Shown here: piece after piece, positions 39,931 to 53,232 of the stretch
How the letters are laid out: every line of letters begins with the position of its first letter
Numbering within the stretch: the first letter of the stretch is position 1
Source of the DNA: Tubiluchus corallicola
Taxonomy: Eukaryota; Animalia; Priapulida
Direction of reading: 5' to 3'
NCBI GenBank assembly: GCA_030141605.1
Contig: JAQGDQ010000032.1
Coordinates: 813,184-877,183 of the forward strand
DNA length: 64,000 nucleotides
Translations under genes and position numbers: made by a program
The notes under the pieces: model-generated
Database searches by the model: none
Told to the model about the DNA's origin: nothing
What the model saw: the letters and a program-made list of their open reading frames with translations, nothing else

Positions 39931-42279
39931 TACCTATAGATGTTTTAGGCATCTTTAGCATCTACATTTGGATGGCCTTACTACTCTGATATCAGTGTGT
40001 TAACTGCTTTTTCAATATATTGTTAATATTAATTTATAAGTTATGCATTTAAAAATATTTTCAGATCGTTTAAATGGCCACTCAAAATGTGTCTCAAAAT
40101 AAGCGCCTTTCGTTCGGCTACAAGGAAAAGTTTCGAAAAAATCTAAACGACCAAACTTATTATTGTTTAATATTACTACTAACAGGTAGGCATATATTAT
40201 ATGACTACGTAAAAGTACATTAGATATTGCAGGCGTTACAATGTGTTAATCACTCAATCGAATATATGTTGTAGTGTGCTAATTCAGTTTCTTCCGTTTT
40301 CTCGTTTCTACAAAAAGTGCAAATTCTACTGAGAAACTGTAAACGTATTCTGATACTACATCTGCACTTTTTCTTCACTAACCGTCAACTTCTTCAAATT
40401 TATGCGCTCAAATGGGAACTATCCCGGGATTAGAACCGTGCGTTCCCGTTTGCTGTTAACAAACTCCGCTACGCGCAATTTTGCTTGTTGGAAGCTTTTC
40501 GGCAATAAACGTTGATTCATTATGACATTTCGGGAAGCGCGGTGTACTGTTTTCGCACAATATTTCACCAACTGTAGACAGTTCTTTGACTTGCAAATTG
40601 CGTTCACTGTTTAAAGATGCCCGGTGGTGTGAGTTGAGTTAGTTATGTTTTGGCTGGAACATACGCTGCACAGATATGGCGGCGACGTAGACGTCGGCCA
40701 ATTCTGCGCCAGAGAAACTAACCAGATCATCAGCTTTTCAAAAATTCTCAAGTTCGAGTCGATTTTCCATTTTAAACTGTCGTCTTCGATGAAAATTCGA
40801 CGAATCTGTAAACTAATCAGGAAAGGTTTCCATGCCAACAAATTGATACAGTGTATAGGCAATGATTAACAATAGCAATGCATGTACATGGCCAGATGAA
40901 ATTAATGAGGGAAATGCATGCTATGCGGGATTGCTATGTATACCTGCCCGCGGTATCATCAAATGCTGGGTTAAAGTGTTGATTTCCCTATTGGATTTGT
41001 GAAATATTATGATTACCCGAATGCCTGCTTAGTTTGCAGATCACAAGTATTTTTTCACTGAACAGTCAGTTGTTCCTGGAATTATAACAGCTGCAGAATA
41101 ATTTCGAATTTGCAAGGTGTACTATTACGTACCACCGGCATGGGAGGAGAATGCTAATAGATGTAAACTGCAAAAATAACACGAAAAAACAGATAAACAA
41201 ATAAATACGCGCAAGTACATATAGGTAAACAGCAAAAACAAATCAAATAAATAAATTAAGAACTAAAACAAGTTAACAATCAAACAAACAACATGTAAAG
41301 GAATGAATAAAATAAGCTGCAGTTATCAAATAAATCCCGGTTGATTAATAATAATAAATACGCTCATCCAAAGTAAAATAATATTTCAGTTTCGCGTTAA
41401 CGTCTAGCTGCTTGATGCAGGCAGCATCTAGAGTTTACAAAGTTTGTAATCAGTTAATAACAAAAACGGAATACACAGAAACGTTTTTTGGTTTTCTCGG
41501 TTTCTCCTTTTGGTGACTTATAAACGTTCCCCATCACTCACCAGTCAACAATACAAAAATTAAATAACAGGTGCACAATACGTGACTGGTGTATTCCGTA
41601 AAAATGTGGGAAATTTGAGGCATAGCAGGCCTAACGGCAAGATTGTGTGCAAACAAAAAGTTAAACCTTTTGAAAGCGACCGAAACGACTTGCAGTTTCT
41701 TGACTTCAACCTCTAAAAGTCAAGAAACTGCCAAGATTGTTTCATTTTTTTCTCACCTTTGGTCGAAATGGATTGTGCATTCCTTACGTCAGGTTTCAAA
41801 ATTTAAAACAAAGTAAAAGTAGAATAAAGCGATTTTTCGACGTTTTTGGAAATGGAAAAGTTGTCACTAATAATACATATAGTGACACTTGACTAGGGAA
41901 AAAATTTAACTTATGAAACTACAACATATATTTAATTGAGTAATTAACACATTGTAACGCCTGCAACATCTAATGTACTTTTACATAGCCATATAATGCA
42001 TATCTACTTGTAAGTAGTAATATTGAACAATAATAACCCAGTTTGGTTGTTTGGCTTCTTTCGAAACTTTTCCTTGTAACCGAACAAACGACGCTTATCT
42101 TGAATCACGTTTTGAGTCGCCATTTATACGATTTGAAAATATTTTCAAATGCATAACTTATAAATGCGTGAAATCGGTATTAATAATATATTAACAATTC
42201 AGTTAACTCACTGATATCAGAGAAGTAGCAAGGACGTCCAAAAGTAAATGCTAAAGATGCCGAAAACATCTATAGATAC
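39931..42279. repeat. Long inverted repeat, arms ~39931-40275 and ~41918-42279
   Basis: ctatagatgtttt.ggcatctttagca pairs with tgctaaagatgcc.aaaacatctatag; tgcaggcgttacaatgtgttaat with attaacacattgtaacgcctgca; caaggaaaagtttcgaaa with tttcgaaacttttccttg. Confidence 0.9.
40414..40480 (-). mobile_element. Degenerate tRNA-derived SINE head
   Basis: Minus strand gtagcggagtttgtt (A-box-like) ... ggttctaatcccggg (B-box-like); no cloverleaf recoverable. Confidence 0.35.
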
Positions 42280-43924
42280 TTGAGGCTATAGTAAAGTGAT
42301 TACGAGCCATTGGTGGAGTTATTTTTATGCATATTCTTAATCATGTAGTATAGTAGGTGTAGCATTTGAGTTGTAGGTATATTGTTTGCTATTTATACTG
42401 GGTTTTAAATGACTGGTGAGGTGTGGCATTATTGTACAGAACAATTTATTCCATCAAAGTATCACTCAAACAATAGTGAATCTATCGTGCCCTATAAATT
42501 TAGTGAAAGCCCTAGGACCTCAAACACATCTTGCTGATGTCTCGCGAGCTTATCTGTTCAATGCTGATCAACAGCATGTTTTTTATCATCTTAGCGTCAC
42601 TGTCTTTCAGGGTAGCTCCAAAGTGTTTGACGGAGTTGAAGTCTTTTGAATTTACAAGCCACTCAATTCAGTCGAAAGAATTAATCCTAAAATTTTCAGA
42701 TTACTTGTTTCAATCAGTACCCTTCGATATTGCAGGCTGTACGAGACGTATGAGGCCCCGCACAAAAGTTTAAAAGCGTGATAGATTCGCAATTGTCCGA
42801 ACAATATTTTGATGTAATAAATTGTTTTGCTCTGTTACTCGTTATTCTGTACCCTCCAGTAAGTGTGTAAAAGCTTATATATCACCGTGTACTTCGAAAA
42901 ATTCTGGCCACAGACTTGCGCATGGACTATATGAAGTAAAGATGATGAGAGAAAGAAACTACGACTGAAGATGATGGGTAGCAGTAACAAAATGTCAGCG
43001 CCGTGGACATAAATCTATTCTGAAGTAATCTCAGTGAGTGTGAAAAAGTGATTGAGCAATTTAATCTTAGCACACGTCTTTGGTCAAGTTAATGATCCAG
43101 TATTCGGTAAAATGGTATTAAGATAAACTGTTTTCTTCTCGCGTTCCTTCGGTTTATCTTCGTGTAATATGCTAGTCGCATTTAAGGGAATATCAACCTG
43201 ATAGAGTGGAACGCATCTGTTGTATGGCTATAAACTGCATGTTTTCATGTGACAGTTTTTGTTACATTGGCCAGCTTACATGCGACGTTTGAATCAACAT
43301 TTATTTGACTTTCACAAGCCATATTAAATACACATTACCTGCATGTAGAAACGTGACGTTTAAATGTTTGTGGAGTAAATGGTGTGTGTTTGATTTATTT
43401 CGCCGTCTTGCAGCGTGCGGCTTCACACCAGGTTTCCGTTGAGAAATCATCTCTTGTACTGCCGTTCAATGTCACATCTACGCCTGAAGAGGCACACTTG
43501 TGAGGATATTATTCTCGACTTTCTCTATAGAATTATAACAAACGTTTGAACTGAATCCCGTGCAATAGATTGGGACTGAAGTTGAAAGTAGCCGCTGAAT
43601 AACAGTAAAATCAGGCGGAAATAGCTTCTAAAAGCAGCATGCTCCTCTCCTTTCTGTCCCCTCTCTCTTTCTCGCTCTCTGTTTTTGAAAAGCTTTAGCT
43701 ACGGCCAATGTAACAACAAAAAATCAGTAACAGCAGCATCGCAGTGCCAACATTTGACTGTGCAACCAACACTAGCAGTAGTAATGGTGCAGCTACAACA
43801 TCAACAACAAGAGTAAGAGCAACTTGCAGTAAGAAAGTTATGCCATTACCACCGTCTTTATCACTTCTGTGCACCGCTATCGCCACCTCTGCTGTCCGTC
43901 AGCTGTTCAGTCGGTCAATTGGTC

Positions 43925-44015
43925 GGGCAAGCGGCAGACATGCAGGCAAATAGGCAGGCAGACAGGCAGTCAGTCAGTCAGTCAGTCAGGCAGGCAGGCA
44001 GGCAGGCAGGCAAAC
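43925..44015. repeat. (GGCA)n/(CAGT)n tetranucleotide low-complexity tract
   Basis: Direct inspection. Confidence 0.85.
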
Positions 44016-45514
44016 AGTTAATTGTTTGCTTCTTGGCCGCCAAACCCACTGTGATTATCTGCGATTTGTTTGAACCGATTTTTGTCATTTTGGATTATTT
44101 ATTTAAGCTTTCAATCCAACATTCTTCATTATCAAAACGTCGTTGAACTCTGTAATAAGGAAAGGTGTCTTTGCAGACTTTGCTGCTTCTTTTTAAACCT
44201 TGTAAGACCTTTATAGCGAACTTTAAGGACTGCATCCTGCCAACGTGTTATGATCAGTGATCACTAAATAAATTATCCTGATTGTAACTTTTTTCATTTT
44301 TTACAGAGCTGCATCTTACATTGACTGTCTTCTTTCGGCAGTCGAACAAATAATTTCTGGAAAAGTGGCAAAATTTTCTTCGCAGGTTTTGCTAATTCGC
44401 CAGGTATGCACGATTCTTGGCGATAGATTTCGAGATAAAGTGAAGAAGTGAGATGTGAAATTGGCTGCTTGCGGCAATTCAAAGCAGCTCTAGAAGCGTA
44501 AATAATAACGGTAGGCGTATTTAATGTGATATTAGGGAGGAAATAAAATACGATGATAATAAAAATGTGTTAACTGTTTTATGCGAATTTAAACTACTAT
44601 TAAATAAAAGTGATCCTATTCCAAATGGGTAGAGAGGGTAGGTTTTTTAGTCCGCTGAGCAAAAATATGCAGAAAAGGCACTGTAATTATCTGCTATACA
44701 CCTGGGAAAATTGATTTTAGACTTGATCACCTATTTCCTACATTCATGCAATTATTTTTCTTTTCTACTCACTTTTCTAACTAAAAAGTTGCACGCTTGA
44801 ACTATATATATTAATAAACTCTAAACTACTCCTTTCTTATAAATTCCTGAAATCCTGAAACCTATCTCGTTTCTCATTGGGCTGAATTTTATTGTTGTTA
44901 ATTTGCTGCAAATTTTTCAAGTTTAGGAGCGATATAAAGCCAGAAATGTCACATTATTGTGCTGTAATGTCCAATTTCATTGCCACATTAAACCCAAAGC
45001 CGCATGCTTAGGTGACAGTGATTGCCTGCATGTGCCGAATAAGTCACCTTTCTAGACTTTTACGAGTGCATGAATGAAATTTGAAATGGTCCTTTACGGG
45101 CAATTAGTTTGGCTTTATTTGATCCAATAAGCGATATGGGAAATCTTGCAAGCGATGAATTGATATTCGTAATGTTACTATCGAAATCATCGTTCTGAAC
45201 TCGCGAGTTACGTAAGTTAAACAGCCAGTCAGCCAGTTGCGAATCAGGCAGCCAGCCTGCGCGCCACTCACTCAACATGTTTGTCTGTCTGTATGTTCGT
45301 CAGTAGATTCAGTGAATGCCGGATTAGCTAATCAGTCAGCCGGTTATTTGTTGCTGAGTACCTCATCCTAACAGCATACATTGTTGCGAGTGGTGGTAGA
45401 AAGATCTTTATCATAAAGTAACTCGAAACGTCAACAGTTTTTAAGAAAGCGTTAAACTTGCACACAAATGTTACAATGCGTAAATGACTACTGCAAATTG
45501 GTAGATGCATAAAA

Positions 45515-46762
45515 AATATTGATATTATTTACATAGGTTTTGCTAAGGGTTTTGGCAGTATAGTACACGGTAAGCTAATTTGTAAACTGGGAGGTCACGG
45601 AACATCAGGTGATCTTCAGACTGTATATATGCCTTTTGTCAAATCGAACACTTTTTCTGATGTAACATCAGGTACGGCAGGAGCTCTGTTTTAGGCTTAC
45701 TTTTGTTTACGTTGTTTATTAATTGCCTGCCCAATGTAGTTAATAATGTTTCAATAAACTATAATGCAGATGACGTCGAAATGTATGTAAACGTTTTCAC
45801 ACAATTCTAGACAGAGCTTAATGTGATTTAATTGCCGGTGAAAACAAGTTGCAACTGCAATTTGCGACTCACAAATGTTCTGTCTTTCATATGGCCTCAT
45901 CGCATCCAAAAAATGCGTACAAACTTAATGGAATTCAGTTAGGTACAAACAAGGAATGTCAAAATCTAGGAACTATTCTAGACTTAAAATTCACTAAATA
46001 TTGCAAGAGTCAAGTTGCTAAAACACAAAAAATTGTAAACATGATTTCTACATGCTTTCACATTAAGAACGTGTACTATTTAATTACTGCTTCTAAATCA
46101 TATGTCAGGCCACTACTAGTTTACTGTACTCCTCACTGGAATCCTCATCACAAGACACTTGTTGATTTAATTGAAAAGGTGAAACATTATTTCACCAGAT
46201 GTTCTATATGCCAGATGCGCATTTAATTATGCAAATTATGTTGCAAGATTATCATATTTAGAACTGCAGTCCTTTGAAGAAAGGAGAATTATTTTTGACT
46301 TAAAATGGTCTATAAAATGCAAATCTATAGTGGATTTAAACTTTAAGGATTACAGTTGGAAATTATTCAATAATGTCGCAAAATTGGATGTACATAAATT
46401 TTCCTTTGGAAATCGCATTGTGAGGATACAGAATTTCTTAAGAAACGAAATAGTAAACGGCAAAAATTGTAAAATTTTCAGGTGATTAAATATTTTCAAC
46501 TTGCGAAATATTCGCATTTTAACATAATTCTGATCAACGGTGGGCTGTTATGAACAAATGTTCTAGTTCTCGGTAAATGATCTGCGCCTAGTAAAGTCTT
46601 CCCTTTTGCTAGTCATACATAAAATTTTGAAATGCAATTTATATATTCATCTGAGTAATATATAGTTTGATTTTTTATGTTAAATTTTTATTGAATATAT
46701 ATTTTGTGTTGCATGCATTTGTGTGCATGTTAAGAATGAATAAAACAAATAATAAATAAAAA
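45515..46762 (+). mobile_element. Decayed 5'-truncated CR1/L2-group LINE (reverse transcriptase C-terminal part and 3' tail)
   Basis: Frameshifted remnants of RT motifs: YI.FAK.F...H.KL (45530), SG..Q.SVLG.LLF..FIN.LP (45665), ADDV.MY (45766), KSYVRPLL.YCTP.WNPH...IEKV..FTR (46095); aataaa-rich tail at ~46740. Confidence 0.88.
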
Positions 46763-49700
46763 TATCTAGAACAATCTCGTAACATTTAGGTGTATCTGTA
46801 CACGTAATACTGTGGAATTTTCTGGAAAGACCTGGAAACCATCTTTCTGTAATGTTCTGGAACCTTCAATAATTATATGAATGAGATCGCATACGCGGAT
46901 AATTAGAGAGTGTATCACAGATTGATAGGCTAGTACGTATAAAGTGTGTGAACTTTTACTTGTTTTATTTCCGCTTTTCAATGTAACTTTTATGTGCGTA
47001 CGTTTTACACATTATAGCTGCTTTGTACCGTGTTTACTATTTTATTTGCTTTGAGATAATTATATTAGTTGTGCAATGTGTGCTATTATTTTTATCTCTG
47101 ACGGTAATAACATTAATGTCCTGCGCAGAAATTAGTTTCATCTGTTTGACTATGACTAGTTTTATATAATTATATTTATAATAATTGCTTTATTACAACA
47201 ATAATGGTAATTAATTACAAACCATTTTGTTTATTGGTTTCATTCTCGAAATGTGTTTGAACGCGTAACAGTAAGTTGATCGGCCGGTCAGCCAACCAGT
47301 CGGTTGGACAATTAGTCAGTCAGCCGTCCAGCCATCAAGCTAACAAATGGTCATTTTATCAGTCAATAAATTGGCCGATTAGCTGGTTGACCACTGTCTT
47401 GGCTAACAAACTTACCAGTTTTTTAATTGATGACTGAGCTGTCAATCTCATTATTTTGGATCATTCACTCATTTAATGAGTCGTTTAAGGTGTCGAGTTT
47501 ACAATTTCCTTATTTTTTTAAAGAAATGTTCAAATCAGTAGTAACGAATTCACAAATTAATAATTCTTGTAAGGGAGTTACATTTTGAGACATCACGTTA
47601 CTGTTTTAGCTTGAGTCTTCAATAAAACTTTTACTTTAGGTTTTATAGTACATCGCATTTGTTTGCTTTGGTTGTGAATAATTAACACCAATAACCAAGG
47701 GCTTCAAGGCTGATTTGTGATTACTTTGTTCCTATGCAGGCTACGTCCAATCTGAGTTTACTCTAGACGCATTTGCTGCTAAGTGAGCAATCTTGTTAAT
47801 GGAAAACCTTCTGGTAGTTCATGTTTGAAATCTCTACAGAAAACGTTCCGGCGACACTTCTCAGACCGATATTAGAGGTTCGTGAGAGGATTTCTGATGA
47901 CGAAAATTACTTCTTAGGCCAGCCAATTTACTGACACGGGGGAGTGTCGGTTGAGTAAGTGTCGTGGGTGAAGGGGTGGCTGATAGACTTTTCGGATCGA
48001 TCTTCTTCAAAGTTACTTCTTAAAATAATAGCAGAAACCTATAAAACAATAATTATTAAGTAGTTGTACTGTTGCATAGATCACTGCACCAGCATTGCCA
48101 TAGCCGCGTCTCCTTTCGTCGATAATGGTCTACCGAAACTATCGAACAGCAAACAGAGGAGAAAAACTGGCGATCTACCGAGTGTACAATCAGTTCTGAT
48201 TCTACTTTGTTGGTTTTGTCAAACACTGGAACAGCTCTGATAGCATATAGATGAGCAAACTGGAAATCTGATCAAAGTAACAGTCGAGCATAACCCTTCG
48301 TTCGTCTGTCAGACACGCGAGAAAGTTGATTTATAAACGTTTACATGCTTTAGTCAGAACAACACAGACTCGTTAAGGCGCTCACAACAACGCACCCGGA
48401 GAAATATGCAGTCACACGCAATATTCAGTTAATGTATTAGGAATTTGTTGAATTTTTTGCTGCAGAAGAAGCGGTGTGTCGTGTAGCGGAAGCCACGAAA
48501 AATTGTTGTAGTTTACTTTGTTTGCCGTTGTTCATTATTGTTGTTGTTATTGGTTGTTGTGGTTTTGGTCGACTTGCCGTTGAGTTTATGTTGTTGCATG
48601 TAAGTTTTTGATTTTTCAATTGCGTGTTAAAGAAAATTCTTAAGGTTCTTAAGGAGAGTTTAAAGTATATCTCAAAGAACTTTCTGTACAAAGTTATATT
48701 ACTTATTATTACGCTTAACTGTTTGAAAGGCCTGTAATTTGAAAAGAAAATTCTTAATAATTTCAAATATTCATGCCAACTGGAATTGACGGCGAATGAC
48801 GAATGACGATAGACGAATGAACAAGTAACAAACGTAACAGCGAATAAATGAACATGCACATGAAATTGTGAAAATGTCGGTTTATTTTTCCTTCGATACC
48901 CTGTTTCAATGTGAAATGGGTTTAAACAGTGGCTCGCACACGAAACCCTACACGTTTTGTGTGCTGTTGCACTTATTAAATAACAGCTAATGAAGCTAGC
49001 GTGATCTAAACATATCTGAGACGTAAGAAGACATCAAAGTGCCAATTAGCTACAACTAGTTCACCTACAGGCTTGAGTTCCTATCAATAATTCTTTGAGT
49101 TTATATTAAACACGCTGTCTCATTTGAGTTAATTAAATACAGCGATATAATGATCTCTGTATATCACGCATCAGAAACCAGATGAAGGGTTCAGTACCCA
49201 GAGACTGTGAATGCAAAAATAGTATAGTCCAAGATCCACTTTGAGCGAAAGTGGTCGACCAAGCGGTCAGCCAACCGATCGACCGGTAAAACCGATCATA
49301 ATAATTACGTTCTTCGAGTAATATTATGAATTATTATTTGGAATAAATTTCCATTTTTGAAGCTTGCTACGGTAAAAAGAGCACTGCAAAAAAAATTTAT
49401 TTTCTCAGAACAGTTTTGCGAATTTCCATTTTGAAGAAAGCGTAGTCTATAAAAATACAAGTTATATACGTGTCTGTTAAATTTATGGAGCATTTATTTA
49501 GGTTGACTAATAATTCCATTTTTTCGGCGTTAATTGTACTCACTCATTTCCATGTGTGAATAGTATTTTAGTATTTCAGTAAGCCTAATGACATACTTCA
49601 TGCGATGTAAAATATATGATAATTTTTTTCTTATTATTTATTGCTTGCGTTTGCAGTACCCGCCAACTTGCAAAATATCTGCGTGATTAGCGTGCAATAG

Positions 49701-50437
49701 ACATTTTTTGCAAATATAAAAGCTTGCAAGGCAGTAAAGCTAATAATCACCATTACGAACATGCTGCTGACAAATTCAAGTTTCATGTACATAATAACAA
49801 TTGCCTTACTTGACAGGTTCCTGGTGATCATTACTATTCTATACCTGTCGCTAATTATGTAAATGTAAACATTACGGAAATTATGCACGGTACATTAGTT
49901 ACGTATGCATTGTAATAATTGTGTAAGATTGAGCCTTATAATCACAGTATAATCAATGTAGTTTAGCCACACAAACATACAGTGGTGTTAGACTCGGTTT
50001 TTGAATTAAAATTTGTTTGATTAATACTAACAGTTAAACTTTTCTCTACCTAATCCTTTCACTTAATATTCGCTCACGTATTAATAGCCATATATAATCG
50101 CTATTAAGAAGCTTTTGGTTTAATTCTAAACAAATGATACTGAATACTGACTCAATATAGTGATTATGTAGCTGTAGTTTTCTCAAAGCTGAATTTGTTT
50201 CAATGCGCGTGCTGGTGCCAGCCCTTAAAACTATTAACTGCATTCAGAACTCAAAATAAATATCTTAACTCGCTTAAGACGCGAAATTGAGATTTGGGGC
50301 ATTTAAAAGATTGTAAGTAAAATTTTAATACACATGTGATACCACATAATACATAATACTTGTATCAAAGTTGATTGCACAAAATTTGAAAGTTTAAAAA
50401 TTCCGGAAAGGAGGAAATAAATTAGTATTTAATCTAC

Positions 50438-50540
50438 AGGTGTGACCGTGTGTTAAGTATGCTAAGCAACACCAATGGGCTACCACTGCTCCCGATTTCG
50501 AAGCCATGGGTTTAAATCACGCTGTGGCAGCATTCTTCAA
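50438..50540 (+). mobile_element. Degenerate tRNA-derived SINE head
   Basis: gtgaccgtgtgttaag (A-box-like) and gggtttaaatcac (B-box-like). Confidence 0.35.
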
Positions 50541-53143
50541 GAAAGTGGTTTCTTGTGTAGTTTTACTTCAATACGAGCCGTAAACTCGCTGGAAATCGAC
50601 GTTTATATTGTCCAGCTTAATCGCCACGGCGTCGCCCGCAGAGTCGTTCTTCAACGATACTGTTTACCGATTTCTACAATAAAACTGAAACTAATGTCAC
50701 CATTATAGAAGTCTGATTTGTCACAAGTCCAACTGTCCTGCTGAATTTGTGTACCGGTCGCGCGAGTGATGAATTTGTTTGCGTGCGCCATCTCAGGTTT
50801 CAATTCTCAGTAAAGCGAGCAGGCATTACTCGGCTTGTTCAGAACTCCGTTGAATTGGACGGGTTCAAATAGGAAACTCGTGTCTAGTGGCCAAACGGAG
50901 CATAGTTTCGTGTTTATTTTGACCCGCAGAGCAATTGAGCTTATTGAGCCGTTCGTCCAGTTTGTCTGTTTGTCTGCCATGTGTTCACTCTGTCTAATAT
51001 AAATAATCGTAAATCTGTCGTATGTCCGAATATATGGCTTCAAATCACGGCGGTGAAGCCAGACTGGGAGGAGGAACGCATATATCAGTGAAATAAATGT
51101 TTCTAACTTGTAAATTTGGAATGGCCGTGACTCGTGGAAGAGCACCGTTGTAAACTGTAACTCATCAATTAACGATTAATGAAACCGATTACACATTTTT
51201 TCTGCAACCAAAGATTGCAGTATTAATACGAATGTCCAAATATGGTACTGACTCTCGATATTAACCAGAAACCTTTAAATTACGTGTGCTACTTCTCACA
51301 GCGCATATAATGCTTGAACGTGCTGAAATGTTTAGAGAGTCACTAAGAATGAATTAAGACCTGCATTGATCAGAAGTTTTGGCAAATTGGATAGAAAAGG
51401 TCATCTGACAACACTACATCCAGACATAGCCATACCTGCCCAGACAGGCACGCCTATACACAGTCACATTGCACCATTATTCCTGGAAATTTTACACGAG
51501 TTCGATTCTCCTTTAGTACATCTTTCAATTAGGTTACAATTTTGCTTCTTTGCGTTTTCCATTTTTATGTTTAAATTGCAATTAAATATTTAAAAAAGCA
51601 AATAATTTATTATAGTTTTTTCCAGGCAGGGGCTTTCTAACAGAAATCGCGACGTCTCAGGTAAACAACTTCTTGCGTTTATATGGCTTCAATGCCCACA
51701 AGCGACGTTCCAACGTTAACAGTCTTTTTTATCTGGGTGCAAACAGAAATGCAATAGCAGAAAATCAACACTGTGAGCAGGTGTAACATTCGATTTTCAG
51801 CCAGAATCGTACCACATTAATTAAAAGCAATCGCATAATATCAGAAAATCTTTACAGGAAAGTGGAAAATACGAAGACCTTTACAAATAGGAATACGAAG
51901 ATATTATTATAATATCAAACTGCAAAGTCAGAGTCGAATGTTTGAAGGGTCACTTTCAAAAAGATCAAAATGTAACTCGCCATTTGTTAAGATAAACTAA
52001 AAGATCAAAACAATGCCCTTGTAAATAGAGAATCAGTATAATTTAAATATTAACTTGCCAGTTATTATGATAGACGTTTCAAATTAAAAAGTGTTTTGAT
52101 TTGTTTCGAATTTCTAGCCCCCAGTAGCTGACGAATGACTTAAAAATGAAAAAAACATGCAGGGCATGAACAAACTTGTAATGGGTGTCAGAAATTTAGG
52201 AGACCATTCAAAAATCTTTGCAGTGACATGGCCGTCCAATTGACAAATTTTTGTTGTGACATAGATGCTTATTCGCGGATTTGGTGTGCTTCTTATAGAT
52301 GTAGAGCATTGCAGATTTTATGGACTCTTTTGTACAACCACTTACAAATTTCAGGAACAATGAATCAAAATCAATATAATACGATCATTACAATGAAATT
52401 ACGCCAAAAGAAAAAAAACGAGTTTAATAACTATGGGAGGAAATAAATGTAGTTATCTTGCAAGTAAATATTACTGTGTTGATAATTAGGATATTTAAAT
52501 TTGTGTTGTTGTAATTTTTGTACAAAAATTTTATTTTTCATCTAATACTTTTTTCTCGCCTACATTGCTGAGACGACACGTATCTATATCATTTTCCGGA
52601 TAATCAATATCAATAATCACTCATGCGGCTGCAATATACGATTTTGCTCTTTAATGGCAAACAAATTCGCGCGGCTGTTTCTAAATTCGATTACCGGTTG
52701 AGCACAAAACGACTTACTCGAAACGTAAAATACTTATTTTCTATTAACGTGTCCGCCGTAACGTGCTACGCGCATACACACATTTCCACTAGCAGAAATA
52801 CATCAGGCGAAGCCAAATGTAAAATACGAGCAATACCCTGTTTGGCGTGAAATGCACCCGTTTATAAATTGCGCACTTTTGCTTGACGGGGGGGGGGGGT
52901 GTTAATTATCGTTAGTATTACTTTTTCATACAATTCGCGTACTACAAGCACAATTCAGTGAAAAGCCTAATTAATGTGGGTGGTGGTAGCGAGGCGGGAA
53001 CCTAGTTCATTATCAAGGTAATCCTCTTCTAAGACGGTGATACCTGTTTTAACCATGTTTACAAGCAAATACATTATCGCTCAATGAGGTAAACAGCCAG
53101 AATAAGTATGGTGACTGATCAGGTGAAAGAGAGTGTTGGACAC

Positions 53144-53232
53144 GGTGCTCACCCAACCATTTATTGACAAGGCGCATGGTTGTTTAGCCTCGGCTGTTTG
53201 GCTGTTTATCTCGTTTCAACACTGCCGCAATG
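53144..53232 (-). mobile_element. Degenerate 5S rRNA-derived (SINE3-like) sequence
   Basis: tcacccaaccatttattgacaaggcgcatggttgtttagcctcgg aligns without gaps to the reverse complement of the 5S internal control region (tcccatccaagtactaaccaggcccgaccctgcttagcttccg), with many substitutions. Confidence 0.4.

Noticed and set aside
42416-42773. Two overlapping + strand ORFs with an acceptor at ~42610
   Set aside because: Phase does not fit the 34816 exon (immediate stop) and no motif recognised; possibly decayed repeat
40414-50540. tRNA gene candidates at ~40.45 kb and ~50.48 kb
   Set aside because: Only degenerate A/B boxes, no cloverleaf; treated as SINE heads
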